Shown: positions 18,413 to 26,829 of the stretch, one piece after another
Layout of the letters: the number at the start of each line of letters is the position of its first letter
How positions within the stretch are numbered: position 1 is the stretch's first letter
Assembly (NCBI GenBank): GCA_035530075.1
Contig: DATKVM010000005.1
Coordinates: 167,006-231,005, forward strand
Direction of reading: 5' to 3'
Length of the DNA stretch: 64,000 nucleotides
Origin: Patescibacteria group bacterium
Lineage (GTDB): Bacteria; Patescibacteriota; Microgenomatia; UM-FILTER-40-11
Position numbers and translations under genes: made by a program
Notes under the pieces: generated by a model
Told to the model about the DNA's origin: nothing
Database searches by the model: none
Seen by the model: the letters and a program-made list of their open reading frames with translations, nothing else

Positions 18413-18563
18413 AAACTTCCTAGGGCTAAAAGCCCTTGGTATTAATTCTAAGTTTTCAAGAGTTGGCAGAACTCTCAAACTTGTTTTGCCTTTAGGCTCG
18501 GAAGTTTGAAAGAGATGGGCATTCACCCCAGGACTAAAAGTCCTAGGTACTCTGCCAACTCTT
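18411..18563 (-). mobile_element. Non-autonomous IS200/IS605-family miniature element (about 153 bp)
   Basis: Minus strand: TTAT target, left hairpin CCTAGGAC-TTTTA-GTCCTGGGG, right hairpin CCAAGGGC-TTTTA-GCCCTAGG, ends in TTAT; hairpins resemble IS608-type subterminal palindromes; no transposase. Confidence 0.78.
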
Positions 18564-18597
18564 ATAAGAAGATTTTAACAAAAGAAGACTTAGAAGG

Positions 18598-18783
18598 TTA
18601 ATAGTTCACAGTGCGGCAGCGATTTTCGGGTCTAGGCGTCATCTCTATAGCCCACTTAATTTTTAGCCTTTCCAGCCTTTCCCGCATTTCCTTGTTAATC
18701 CGGTAAGGCTTTTTTCTCTCATCGTCTTCAATGCCAGTGATTTGACTGACCAAAAAGTCCTTTAATCTCTCACAAGAAGGCAT
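18598..18783 (-). CDS. Small hypothetical protein
   Basis: 61-aa ORF preceded by TGCTATAAT 9 nt before ATG. Confidence 0.4.
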   Translation of the reverse strand: MPSCERLKDFLVSQITGIEDDERKKPYRINKEMRERLERLKIKWAIEMTPRPENRCRTVNY

Positions 18784-18800
18784 CTATTAAAGATTATAGC

Positions 18801-18843
18801 AAAAAGAATTGGCCCGATGTCAAGATGTTCATCGGACCGATTC
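18801..18843 (-). terminator. Intrinsic terminator of groES-groEL
   Basis: Minus strand GAATCGGTCCGATG-loop-CATCGGGCCAATTC followed by TTTTT. Confidence 0.7.
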
Positions 18844-18845
18844 CT

Positions 18846-18873
18846 TGCTACTTGCTACTTGCTACTGACTACT
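18846..18873. repeat. 7-nt tandem repeat (TGCTACT)x3 plus a degenerate unit
   Basis: tgctacttgctacttgctactgactact between the groEL stop and the terminator. Confidence 0.75.
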
Positions 18874-20534
18874 TAGTACTCTCCCATTCCACCCATCCCG
18901 GCCGGCATACCGGCTCCACCAGCTGGCGGAGTCTTTTCCGGCTTATCGCAAATCAGGCACTCGGTCGTCAAAACCATACCAGCAACAGAAGCACCATTGC
19001 GCAAAGCTTCTTTAACCACTTTGGCCGGGTCAACAATTCCCACTTCAACCAAGTCAACTGGCTGGGCAGTAACTACCGACTGGATTTGCATTACATCAAA
19101 CCCCATTTGGTTTGACTTGGTTTCTCTTATCTTGGCCAAAAGCTCACCCGGATCAAATCCAGAGTTACTAATTAAGGTCTGGAAGGGGACTTCCAAGGCT
19201 TCCTTAACTACTTCATAGCCAATAACTTCATCTTTCGAGACGCCTTTGAGTTTACTCAAGTCCAAAGTACGAGCGATATTAAGTAAAGTGATTTCGCCGC
19301 CAGGGACTATGCCGCTCTCCATGGCCGCCTTAGTTGCTTCCACCGCATCTTTGACCCGCTCCAGTTTCTCTTTCATTTCCACTTCGGTGGCTGCCCCAAC
19401 ATTAATTTGCACCACTCCGCCGGAAAGCTTGGCCAGTCTCTCCTGAAGTTTTTCTTTATCAAAATCGCTGGTCGTGGTCTTAATTTCACTGCGGATTTGA
19501 TCAATCCGGGCCATAATCTTTTTAGGATCACCCTTACCACCGATAACTCGACAGTTGTCTTTGTCAACCCAAACTTTATCCGCCTGGCCGCAGTCTTCAG
19601 CCGTCACCGAATCAAGTTTCCGGCCGGTATCTTCGGAAATCACTGTCCCGCCGGTGAGGATAGCAATATCCTCAAGTATCGCTTTTCTGCGGTCACCAAA
19701 ACCTGGAGCTTTTACCGCTACCATGTTGAAGGTTCCGCGCAGCTTGTTAACGACCAAAGTGGCCAAAGCTTCACCCTCGACCTCATCGGCAATAACGACA
19801 AAGTTTTTGGTGACTTTGACAAGGTTTTCCAAGAAAGGCAGAATATCGGAAACGGCGGAAATTTTTTTGTCGGTAATTAGAATGTAAGGAGCTTCCACCT
19901 CCGCTTCCATCCGCTCAGGAATGGTAACAAAGTAAGCTGAGGCATAGCCCTTATCAAATTCCATTCCTTCTTTAAATTCCTTTTCCAACTCCAAGCCCTT
20001 TCCTTCCTCAACAGTGACTACCCCGTCTTTGCCGACTTTTTCCAAAGCCTCGGCAATCATCTCCCCAATTTGGGAATCACCGGCAGAAATAGTGGCTACT
20101 TGAGCAATCTCGGTCTTACCTTTAATTGACTTGGCTCTTTTGTCAATTTCTGCCAAAACTTCGGCCACTGCCCGATCAATGCCTCTTTTAACTTGCATCG
20201 CATTGGCACCGGCAGTAATGTTCTTCATTCCCCTGGCAGTAATGGCATAAGCAAGAATGGTCGAAGTAGTAGTTCCGTCTCCAGCCGTATCATTGGTCTT
20301 TGAAGCCGCTTCCTTAATCAAAGAAGCTCCCATATTCTCAAATGGGTCCTCAAGCTCAACCTCCTTGGCGACTGTCACTCCATCGTGAACAACACTCGGC
20401 GACCCCCACTTTTTGTCAATCGCCACGTTGCGGCCTTTCGGGCCCAAAGTGGTTGCCACCGCCTCGTTAACCTGTTTCATGCCATTAAGCAAAGCGGTTC
20501 TCGCTTCTTCTTTATATTTTAAAACCTTGGCCAT
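18873..20534 (-). CDS. groL: Chaperonin GroEL
   Basis: [29 protein letters not shown]-type tail. Confidence 0.99.
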   Translation of the reverse strand: MAKVLKYKEEARTALLNGMKQVNEAVATTLGPKGRNVAIDKKWGSPSVVHDGVTVAKEVELEDPFENMGASLIKEAASKTNDTAGDGTTTSTILAYAITARGMKNITAGANAMQVKRGIDRAVAEVLAEIDKRAKSIKGKTEIAQVATISAGDSQIGEMIAEALEKVGKDGVVTVEEGKGLELEKEFKEGMEFDKGYASAYFVTIPERMEAEVEAPYILITDKKISAVSDILPFLENLVKVTKNFVVIADEVEGEALATLVVNKLRGTFNMVAVKAPGFGDRRKAILEDIAILTGGTVISEDTGRKLDSVTAEDCGQADKVWVDKDNCRVIGGKGDPKKIMARIDQIRSEIKTTTSDFDKEKLQERLAKLSGGVVQINVGAATEVEMKEKLERVKDAVEATKAAMESGIVPGGEITLLNIARTLDLSKLKGVSKDEVIGYEVVKEALEVPFQTLISNSGFDPGELLAKIRETKSNQMGFDVMQIQSVVTAQPVDLVEVGIVDPAKVVKEALRNGASVAGMVLTTECLICDKPEKTPPAGGAGMPAGMGGMGEY

Positions 20535-20593
20535 TTTTTTCTCCTTTACCCGCCTTAATTTTTGTCAAAAAGTATGGCGGGTTTCAACTCTAA

Positions 20594-20899
20594 TTAGGCC
20601 TCTACTGCCATAATATCTTCAAATTTAATAAACATGAGCTCTTTCTCGCCAACTTTATATTCATTGCCGCCCCATTTTTTGTAAATCACGGTATCTCCTA
20701 ATCTACAAGGCGCTTTTCTGGCGCACTTTGAGTCACCGCAGTCACAAGGCTCGGCTGGGCCAACAGCGAGAACTTTGCCTTTCTGGGGTTTTTCATCATG
20801 GGATTCGGGAAGAACAATTCCGGAAGAAGTCTGTTTAACTGCCTCTTCTGGCTCAATTAAGACATAGCCGGCAGTAGGTTTAAGATTTATTTTTGCCAT
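20594..20899 (-). CDS. groS: Co-chaperonin GroES
   Basis: TSSGIVLPES..EKPQKGKVLAVG; directly upstream of groEL. Confidence 0.96.
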   Translation of the reverse strand: MAKINLKPTAGYVLIEPEEAVKQTSSGIVLPESHDEKPQKGKVLAVGPAEPCDCGDSKCARKAPCRLGDTVIYKKWGGNEYKVGEKELMFIKFEDIMAVEA

Positions 20900-20941
20900 A
20901 GGTTTTAGAAATAGTAATTATTAACTTACTAACACTAGGAA

Positions 20942-20996
20942 TTGTCACTTGAAGAATACGATTGCTATTATATATGGCCTATTGTAAAATTGTCAA
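20942..20996 (-). promoter_or_regulatory. groESL promoter with an overlapping degenerate CIRCE-like operator
   Basis: TTGACA-N18-TATAAT on the minus strand; ATAGCAATC-N9-AAGTGACAA (13/18 to CIRCE) at 20942-20968. Confidence 0.65.
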
Positions 20997-21881
20997 GTCC
21001 TTCAACTTCTCTTCGTATTGTCGCCGAATTTTCGGTTCTAAATCAAGCGGGTGGAAAAAGGCTTGGTGGAGAGAGACTTTTTCGGAGGTCATTTTTGGTT
21101 TCATATATTGGTGTTGCAATGCAAAAGCAACTTTATTTAAAACAGCAATGAAACAGTCGAACAATGAAACAATTGCCTTTACAGGCTGACTATTGCTATA
21201 TTGCTTCATTGCTTCATTGTTGAGAGCATTGGGGAGATAATCTTTTACCCACTGATTCCCCCACAGAAATTTCTCATGAACACGATCTTTATTCAAAAGT
21301 GGTTTCATTTGGCAAACCTCATGAGCTAAAAAAAGATTATGTGGGGAAATCTCCAAATGATTCTCTTCAAGAAAAAGATTAAAACAGATTTTGTTTGTGA
21401 CCTTTGTCTCTCCCGGCTTCCTGCGGGCTATTTTCATCAGTGGCGAAAGCATTACAATCAATAATCGCACCAGCCACAGACATCCCGCAGAAGTAATTAC
21501 TAAAAGGTCGATATCGTCCTCTCTTTTGCAATTATTCATGGCCAAAGCACCGGTAACTCCAATCAACCGAATCCCAGGAATTCTTTCTAACTTTGCCGCT
21601 GTTTTTTGGGCAATCACCCACTTCTCTCTCGCCCACTTTTCTCTCTTTTTCCTCAGCTCAACAATTTTTTCTCTCCCCCTTAAAAAAAACCATTCCCCGT
21701 CCGTGTCAATCTGCTTTAAATCCGCGATAATCCTTAACAAGGCCTTTTGGGTAGTTTTAATCCCAACTTCATTGCCGCCGATCAAAAACTTCCTCAACTC
21801 TTCGAGGGTTAAGGGATAATCAAAAACATCAGCATAAATTAGCGCTTGGAGAACTCCCCCTGAATCTCTAAGGCTTTGCAT
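20979..21881 (-). CDS. Pol-beta-type nucleotidyltransferase domain protein
   Basis: GVTGALAM..DDIDLLVI motif; N-terminal YADVFDYPLT. Confidence 0.75.
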   Translation of the reverse strand: MQSLRDSGGVLQALIYADVFDYPLTLEELRKFLIGGNEVGIKTTQKALLRIIADLKQIDTDGEWFFLRGREKIVELRKKREKWAREKWVIAQKTAAKLERIPGIRLIGVTGALAMNNCKREDDIDLLVITSAGCLWLVRLLIVMLSPLMKIARRKPGETKVTNKICFNLFLEENHLEISPHNLFLAHEVCQMKPLLNKDRVHEKFLWGNQWVKDYLPNALNNEAMKQYSNSQPVKAIVSLFDCFIAVLNKVAFALQHQYMKPKMTSEKVSLHQAFFHPLDLEPKIRRQYEEKLKDLTILQ

Positions 21882-21889
21882 CTTTGCAT

Positions 21890-23383
21890 CTACTTGGCCA
21901 CCCCGTATTGTCTCAAGACTTGGGTAATCCCCTGACTAGCAGTGGTCAGAGCAGCCAGTGGATCTCCGCCCAGATTAACAACATTAACCGCATCTTCATA
22001 ATATTTAATTAACTGGTCGTTTAGGCCATTATCGCCGGTTCGAGAAGCCAAATACCAACCTTGAGCATAAGGCGCTTGCTCTATAAAAGCCCCGACGAAG
22101 GGCTGCCCCTTCAAGCTATTGGCCAAATCGACTCGGGAATAAGGTTCGCCAAAAAGCCTCAGGGCACTTTGAGTCTGATAGAGTTTTTGCATTACCTCGT
22201 TGGAGGAAAGGTACTTCAAGAATTCCCAAGCCTCAGCTTGATGTTTGGAATTTTTGGAAACCACTTCGACCCAGAAACTTGCCCAAGCCACATTTTTACC
22301 TTCTAATTGAGGCACCGGGACAATTTTGAAATTAAGATTGGAGTTTAGCTGCTTAATCTCAAAAACTTCCCAAGATGGGCCGAGATACATCGCCACACTA
22401 CCGGTAGCAAAGGCGTAAGTTGAGGTAGGCATAAGCTCATCCCAAACCGCTCCCGTATTCATTCCTTCATCTTCACAGGCCTGGCTGCTGGCAAAAAGAG
22501 TGTAAAAAGTGAGAGCGTCTCGCCCCAAACAAACCTCTCCCCCCTCCAAACCCGAACTACTTTCTTGACTACAAAAAGCGGGGTTGGCCAAATTGGCGTC
22601 ATTTTGGAGCATCATTAGACCTAAAATATCCGACCAATGTTCCACATTTTTCGTCGTTCCCAAAGCGACGCCGGCAGTTCGAATCTTTCCCTGATTGTCT
22701 TTAACCGTTAGCTCGCAAGCCACTTTTTTGAGCTCTCCCCATGTGCGCGGTGGCGTCTTCCCGGCCGCCCGAAAAAGGTCCTCATTATAAAAAAGGGCCA
22801 AACCGTCGAACTCTAAAGGGATAGCCATATATTGACCCTGGAAACGCAGCATCTCTTGAGCTGAGGGATAAAAAGTCTGCTCAAAAGCAGCCGCATCGTA
22901 AACATTCGCCGGTAGCGGTGATAAAAAACTGCCAAGCATGGGAATCCAAGTCTGGTGAATTCGAAAAATATCCGGGCCCTCATTCCGACCTAACGCTGCT
23001 TGCAGTCTCTCTCGATAGGTTTTTAAATTCTCTTGAGAGTAATTAATTTTTATTTTGGGGTGAGTTTTTTCAAAGTCTGCAATAACTTGCTGAAAAACTG
23101 AAGGAGGCTCAAAAAGTCCCCAATAAGTCAGAACCACCTTGGTTTGAGTTGCATTTCTCCTTAAAAAAATGGTAAAAATTGACAAAACCAATCCCAAGAT
23201 CAAAATTGCCGCTAAGCCCAAAAGAATTTTTTTGGTTCTTGAATTCCTGGTTGGCGCAGGGGAAAATGAGGGCGGGTTACTCGCCAAAGGCGGCGCCGAA
23301 GCGCTGACCGACGCTGGCGTTCCCGGAGAAACGGGTGGCAGAGTGGTTGCAAGAGGAGTTGTCGGCAATGAACTTATCTCCAT
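21890..23383 (-). CDS. Membrane-anchored extracellular solute-binding protein (sugar ABC type)
   Basis: Pro-rich N-terminus, TM, GPDIF, LFYNEDLF, EAWEFLKYLSS. Confidence 0.88.
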   Translation of the reverse strand: MEISSLPTTPLATTLPPVSPGTPASVSASAPPLASNPPSFSPAPTRNSRTKKILLGLAAILILGLVLSIFTIFLRRNATQTKVVLTYWGLFEPPSVFQQVIADFEKTHPKIKINYSQENLKTYRERLQAALGRNEGPDIFRIHQTWIPMLGSFLSPLPANVYDAAAFEQTFYPSAQEMLRFQGQYMAIPLEFDGLALFYNEDLFRAAGKTPPRTWGELKKVACELTVKDNQGKIRTAGVALGTTKNVEHWSDILGLMMLQNDANLANPAFCSQESSSGLEGGEVCLGRDALTFYTLFASSQACEDEGMNTGAVWDELMPTSTYAFATGSVAMYLGPSWEVFEIKQLNSNLNFKIVPVPQLEGKNVAWASFWVEVVSKNSKHQAEAWEFLKYLSSNEVMQKLYQTQSALRLFGEPYSRVDLANSLKGQPFVGAFIEQAPYAQGWYLASRTGDNGLNDQLIKYYEDAVNVVNLGGDPLAALTTASQGITQVLRQYGVAK

Positions 23384-25185
23384 GGCGAGCGATTAAAAAA
23401 GTCGCTAAAAACATAATAAAAAAAATTCCGAAGGAAAACAAGGAAAAACGGCTAAATTGGCTCGGTTTTGTTCTCGTTATACTGCTGGGAACCCCCTTGG
23501 CCATTTTGTCCGCCTATCTTTTAGCCTTTAAGAACCGAGCTTACCCCCGCGTGACGATTTGCCAAACCCCCCTTTTAGGTAAAAGTCAAAATGAAGTTTT
23601 TCTTTTCTTAACCAGCATCATTGAAACTCAAGCTCAACCAGAAATCATTCTTACTTCCCAAAAACAGAATCGCTCTTTGAATTTATCCTCTCTGCAATAC
23701 CAACCGACAATAACCACTCAAAAAATCATCCGGGCCGGCCGAGGCAAATTTCCCTTAGAATACTTAAAACAGCTGATTCTGGTTACTTATCAAGGCAAAG
23801 ACTTTGTCTTTGATTTCCAAATTGATGAGAAGAAGCTTGAGGCCCAAATTAGTGATATCGCCGCCGAGCTTTACTTACCAGCCGTTGAACCATCAATCAA
23901 AATTAATCAAGATGCCCAGAAAAAAAAGACCGTATCCGTAGAGAAAGGAGAAAATGGTCAAGAGGTTAATTCAAAAAAGCTAAAAGAAAGTCTTTTCCAA
24001 ACCCTCGCTTGCCCTCAGTCAAAGGCTAATCTCTCTATTCCTTTAACTATCATTACTCCCGCTATTTCTCCAGAAATGGCAGCCGCCACCGAAAAAAGGG
24101 CCGAACTTTTCCTGAATAAACAAATCGGGCTTAAATTAGATGACCAAAGTTGGACTACCAAAGATGAAGAGATAATAAGTTTCCTTTCCTTTGCCGGTGG
24201 TTTTGACCGCACCAGAATCACCGAATTCGCCCAAAATTTGGCCAAAACGGTAAACCGCCCGGCTGAAGACGCTGCTTTTCATTTTGAAAACAATCGGGTA
24301 ACGCTTTTCCGTCCTTCTCGAGAGGGGATTGCCCTAGAAGAAGACCGCTTTGGCAATGAATTTGAGGAAGCTTTATCTTCACTCGAAGAGGGCGAGGAAA
24401 AAGAGGAAATAATCATTCCTGTTAATAAAACCCCGGCTAAAATTTCGACCGGGGATGTCAATTCCCTGGGAATTAAAGAACTCCTGGGGCGCGGCAGCTC
24501 ATTTTTTTACGGCTCTATCAGCGAAAGAGTTCATAACCTCAATCTAGCCAGCTTGAAAATAAATGGCACTTTAATCGGCCCCGGTGAAGAGTTTTCTTTT
24601 AACCGTACTTTAGGCGATGTTTCCGCTGACACCGGTTTTAAACAAGCTTACATTATTAAAGACGGGCGCACGGTTTTAGGCGACGGCGGAGGCGTTTGCC
24701 AAGTCTCCACTACTCTTTTCCGAGCGACTTTCAACGCTGGTTTACCGATTACCGAAAGACATGCCCACGCTTATCGAGTTCACTATTATGAAGATGATTT
24801 AGGCCCCGGTTTTGATGCGACCGTTTTCGACCCTACTGCCGACTTGAAATTTAAAAATAATACTCCCGCCCATATATTAATTCAAAGATCAATTAACCTT
24901 AAAACTAAGCAATTGGCCTTTGAAATTTATGGCACTAGCGACGGTCGAAAAGTGGAGATTTCCAAAGCAAAAGTTTGGGACAAAGTGCCCCCCCCACCCG
25001 ATCTTTACCAAGACGACCCGACTTTGCCAGCGGGAGCGATTAAACAGATTGACTGGAAGGCTTGGGGAGCCAAAGCCTCTTTTGACTATAAAGTTACTCG
25101 TGGGGGCGAAGTACTAGAAAAGAAAACTTTCTATTCTTATTACAAACCCTGGCAAGCAGTGTATTTAAGAGGAACAGGACAATAA
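23368..25185 (+). CDS. VanW family protein with peptidoglycan-binding repeats (start uncertain)
   Basis: IGPGEEFSFN, GGGVCQVSTTLF, ERHAH, GFDATV, DLKFKN. Confidence 0.88.
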   Translation: MNLSPWRAIKKVAKNIIKKIPKENKEKRLNWLGFVLVILLGTPLAILSAYLLAFKNRAYPRVTICQTPLLGKSQNEVFLFLTSIIETQAQPEIILTSQKQNRSLNLSSLQYQPTITTQKIIRAGRGKFPLEYLKQLILVTYQGKDFVFDFQIDEKKLEAQISDIAAELYLPAVEPSIKINQDAQKKKTVSVEKGENGQEVNSKKLKESLFQTLACPQSKANLSIPLTIITPAISPEMAAATEKRAELFLNKQIGLKLDDQSWTTKDEEIISFLSFAGGFDRTRITEFAQNLAKTVNRPAEDAAFHFENNRVTLFRPSREGIALEEDRFGNEFEEALSSLEEGEEKEEIIIPVNKTPAKISTGDVNSLGIKELLGRGSSFFYGSISERVHNLNLASLKINGTLIGPGEEFSFNRTLGDVSADTGFKQAYIIKDGRTVLGDGGGVCQVSTTLFRATFNAGLPITERHAHAYRVHYYEDDLGPGFDATVFDPTADLKFKNNTPAHILIQRSINLKTKQLAFEIYGTSDGRKVEISKAKVWDKVPPPPDLYQDDPTLPAGAIKQIDWKAWGAKASFDYKVTRGGEVLEKKTFYSYYKPWQAVYLRGTGQ

Positions 25186-26772
25186 CTACTTAATCACGTT
25201 TAGGGCTTCCTCCCGTTTCTCACGCAAGAATTGACGCCATCCTTCAATAATTTCCAGCAAGGTCTTAAACGGCGCTTCTAGAATAATATCAAATATAAAA
25301 ACAAAGATGTTTACTTCTTTTAGGCCGGTGGAGATCGCCCGACCCACCTTAACAAAAGGCAGCATAAAAAAATCCAAAGTGGTGGAGACAAAATTGGCAC
25401 CTTCTTCTCCTACCACTAATTCTTTGAAAGAGGAGCGGATGCGGAAAGCAAAAAAAGCAATTGAGGAGAGAAAGAAAAAGAAAATTCCTAGCGAAACCAA
25501 AGAGAAGTTAAGCCTACTCAAGACAAAAACCGTCAAACCAAAGGTCAGCAAAAAAGCCAGGCCGTAAAAGAAACGGAAAAGAAAAGTTAAGAAAGGAGAT
25601 TTTTGACTGGAAAAATCAATCTTTAGCGGTGTAAGCCCGCTTTCGCCAAAAGTCATCACTAAAATGTCTTCCACAATTCTTCGCGTATTTTCTTTAGTCG
25701 GCATCTCCACCGTTAACGCCATAAAAAGCATCAGCGAAGGCGGGAAAAAGAGGTTAATTAAAATCGGCAAAAAGTTAACGTGACTGGCGACATAAAGCTC
25801 ATAAGGAATTTCAATTGCCAAAGCAAAAACCATCTTGGTAACAAAAATATAAACAAAAGAGTTGGCGGCACTGCGCCTTAAGGTCGAGAGGGCTCGCCGG
25901 TATCGTCCCGCCGCGGCAGTTTCTGCCGCTTTCGCTAATTTATCAGACGAAGAAAAAGTTTCCTCCACTTCCACAAAACCTTGATTGATTAAATCTCTTA
26001 AAATCTCAAATGGGGCAATTTGCTTTTTTAAAAGCCGCATTAGCGGTTCTCCTTGGCTCTCGCTTAAAAGCTTTCTAAGGGTGGAGTCCGCCTCAGTAAA
26101 GTTTTTGGCCGTTAAGATAATTTCTTTTTCCGTTGCCTCACTCCAAAAAGGAAAATACAGCCGCCATAGGTGAAAATATATCGTTCGGTCCTCATCTTTC
26201 GATAGCGCTCTCATTAAGGCAATCAGCAACCGGGTTCTTTTTTCTTCATCACTACCACCGCTAGGCCAAATCACCCTTTTTTCAATCTTTTTCAAGGCAA
26301 AATTGATGAGTAAATCCTCATTTGAAGGAACGAAAATCTCCTCAGTTTCCCGCCCGGCTAAAGAAAGCAAAAAATCCCAAAGGCTTTCCCCGTTTTCCAG
26401 CCTCCTCTGACCAAGGTGTCGATAAAGCAAGAAATACTTATCCAAGATTCTTTTGGCAATTGTTACTTTCTCCTCACTCAAAAACCCGTTGCTTAAATAG
26501 CGAGCCATCAAAAGCTCTCCCACTAATTCTTCAATTAATTTTTGGGGGTTCGTTTCCGTCTTAGTCCTTCTTACAAGAATCCGAGTAATTGCTCGCCGTA
26601 AGAGCAAATGCTCCTCCTGATAATCAACGAAGTTCCTGGCTTTTTCATAAATGAAAGCAAAAAGGCCAACGGCGGAGGAAAGGCTAATTTTAGGCTTTTG
26701 TCCGTCCGCCTGCTTTTCCTTATCTCTTTCCGCCAAAAAATAAATTAGATGTTGGGCATCTTGGGAAAGCAT
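25186..26772 (-). CDS. Conserved hypothetical membrane protein
   Basis: Long ORF with a cytoplasmic helical part and four C-terminal TM helices; start set at MLSQDAQ because the longer version overlaps valS. Confidence 0.75.
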   Translation of the reverse strand: MLSQDAQHLIYFLAERDKEKQADGQKPKISLSSAVGLFAFIYEKARNFVDYQEEHLLLRRAITRILVRRTKTETNPQKLIEELVGELLMARYLSNGFLSEEKVTIAKRILDKYFLLYRHLGQRRLENGESLWDFLLSLAGRETEEIFVPSNEDLLINFALKKIEKRVIWPSGGSDEEKRTRLLIALMRALSKDEDRTIYFHLWRLYFPFWSEATEKEIILTAKNFTEADSTLRKLLSESQGEPLMRLLKKQIAPFEILRDLINQGFVEVEETFSSSDKLAKAAETAAAGRYRRALSTLRRSAANSFVYIFVTKMVFALAIEIPYELYVASHVNFLPILINLFFPPSLMLFMALTVEMPTKENTRRIVEDILVMTFGESGLTPLKIDFSSQKSPFLTFLFRFFYGLAFLLTFGLTVFVLSRLNFSLVSLGIFFFFLSSIAFFAFRIRSSFKELVVGEEGANFVSTTLDFFMLPFVKVGRAISTGLKEVNIFVFIFDIILEAPFKTLLEIIEGWRQFLREKREEALNVIK

Positions 26773-26829
26773 CGTAGGTGATTTTAGCATAACTCGCGGC
26801 TGAAGGTAAAAAGTGATAAAATAAGGCCT

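Noticed and set aside
18413-18526. 38-aa N-terminal extension of the alpha/beta hydrolase
   Set aside because: Lies within the mini-element and precedes the signal/TM segment
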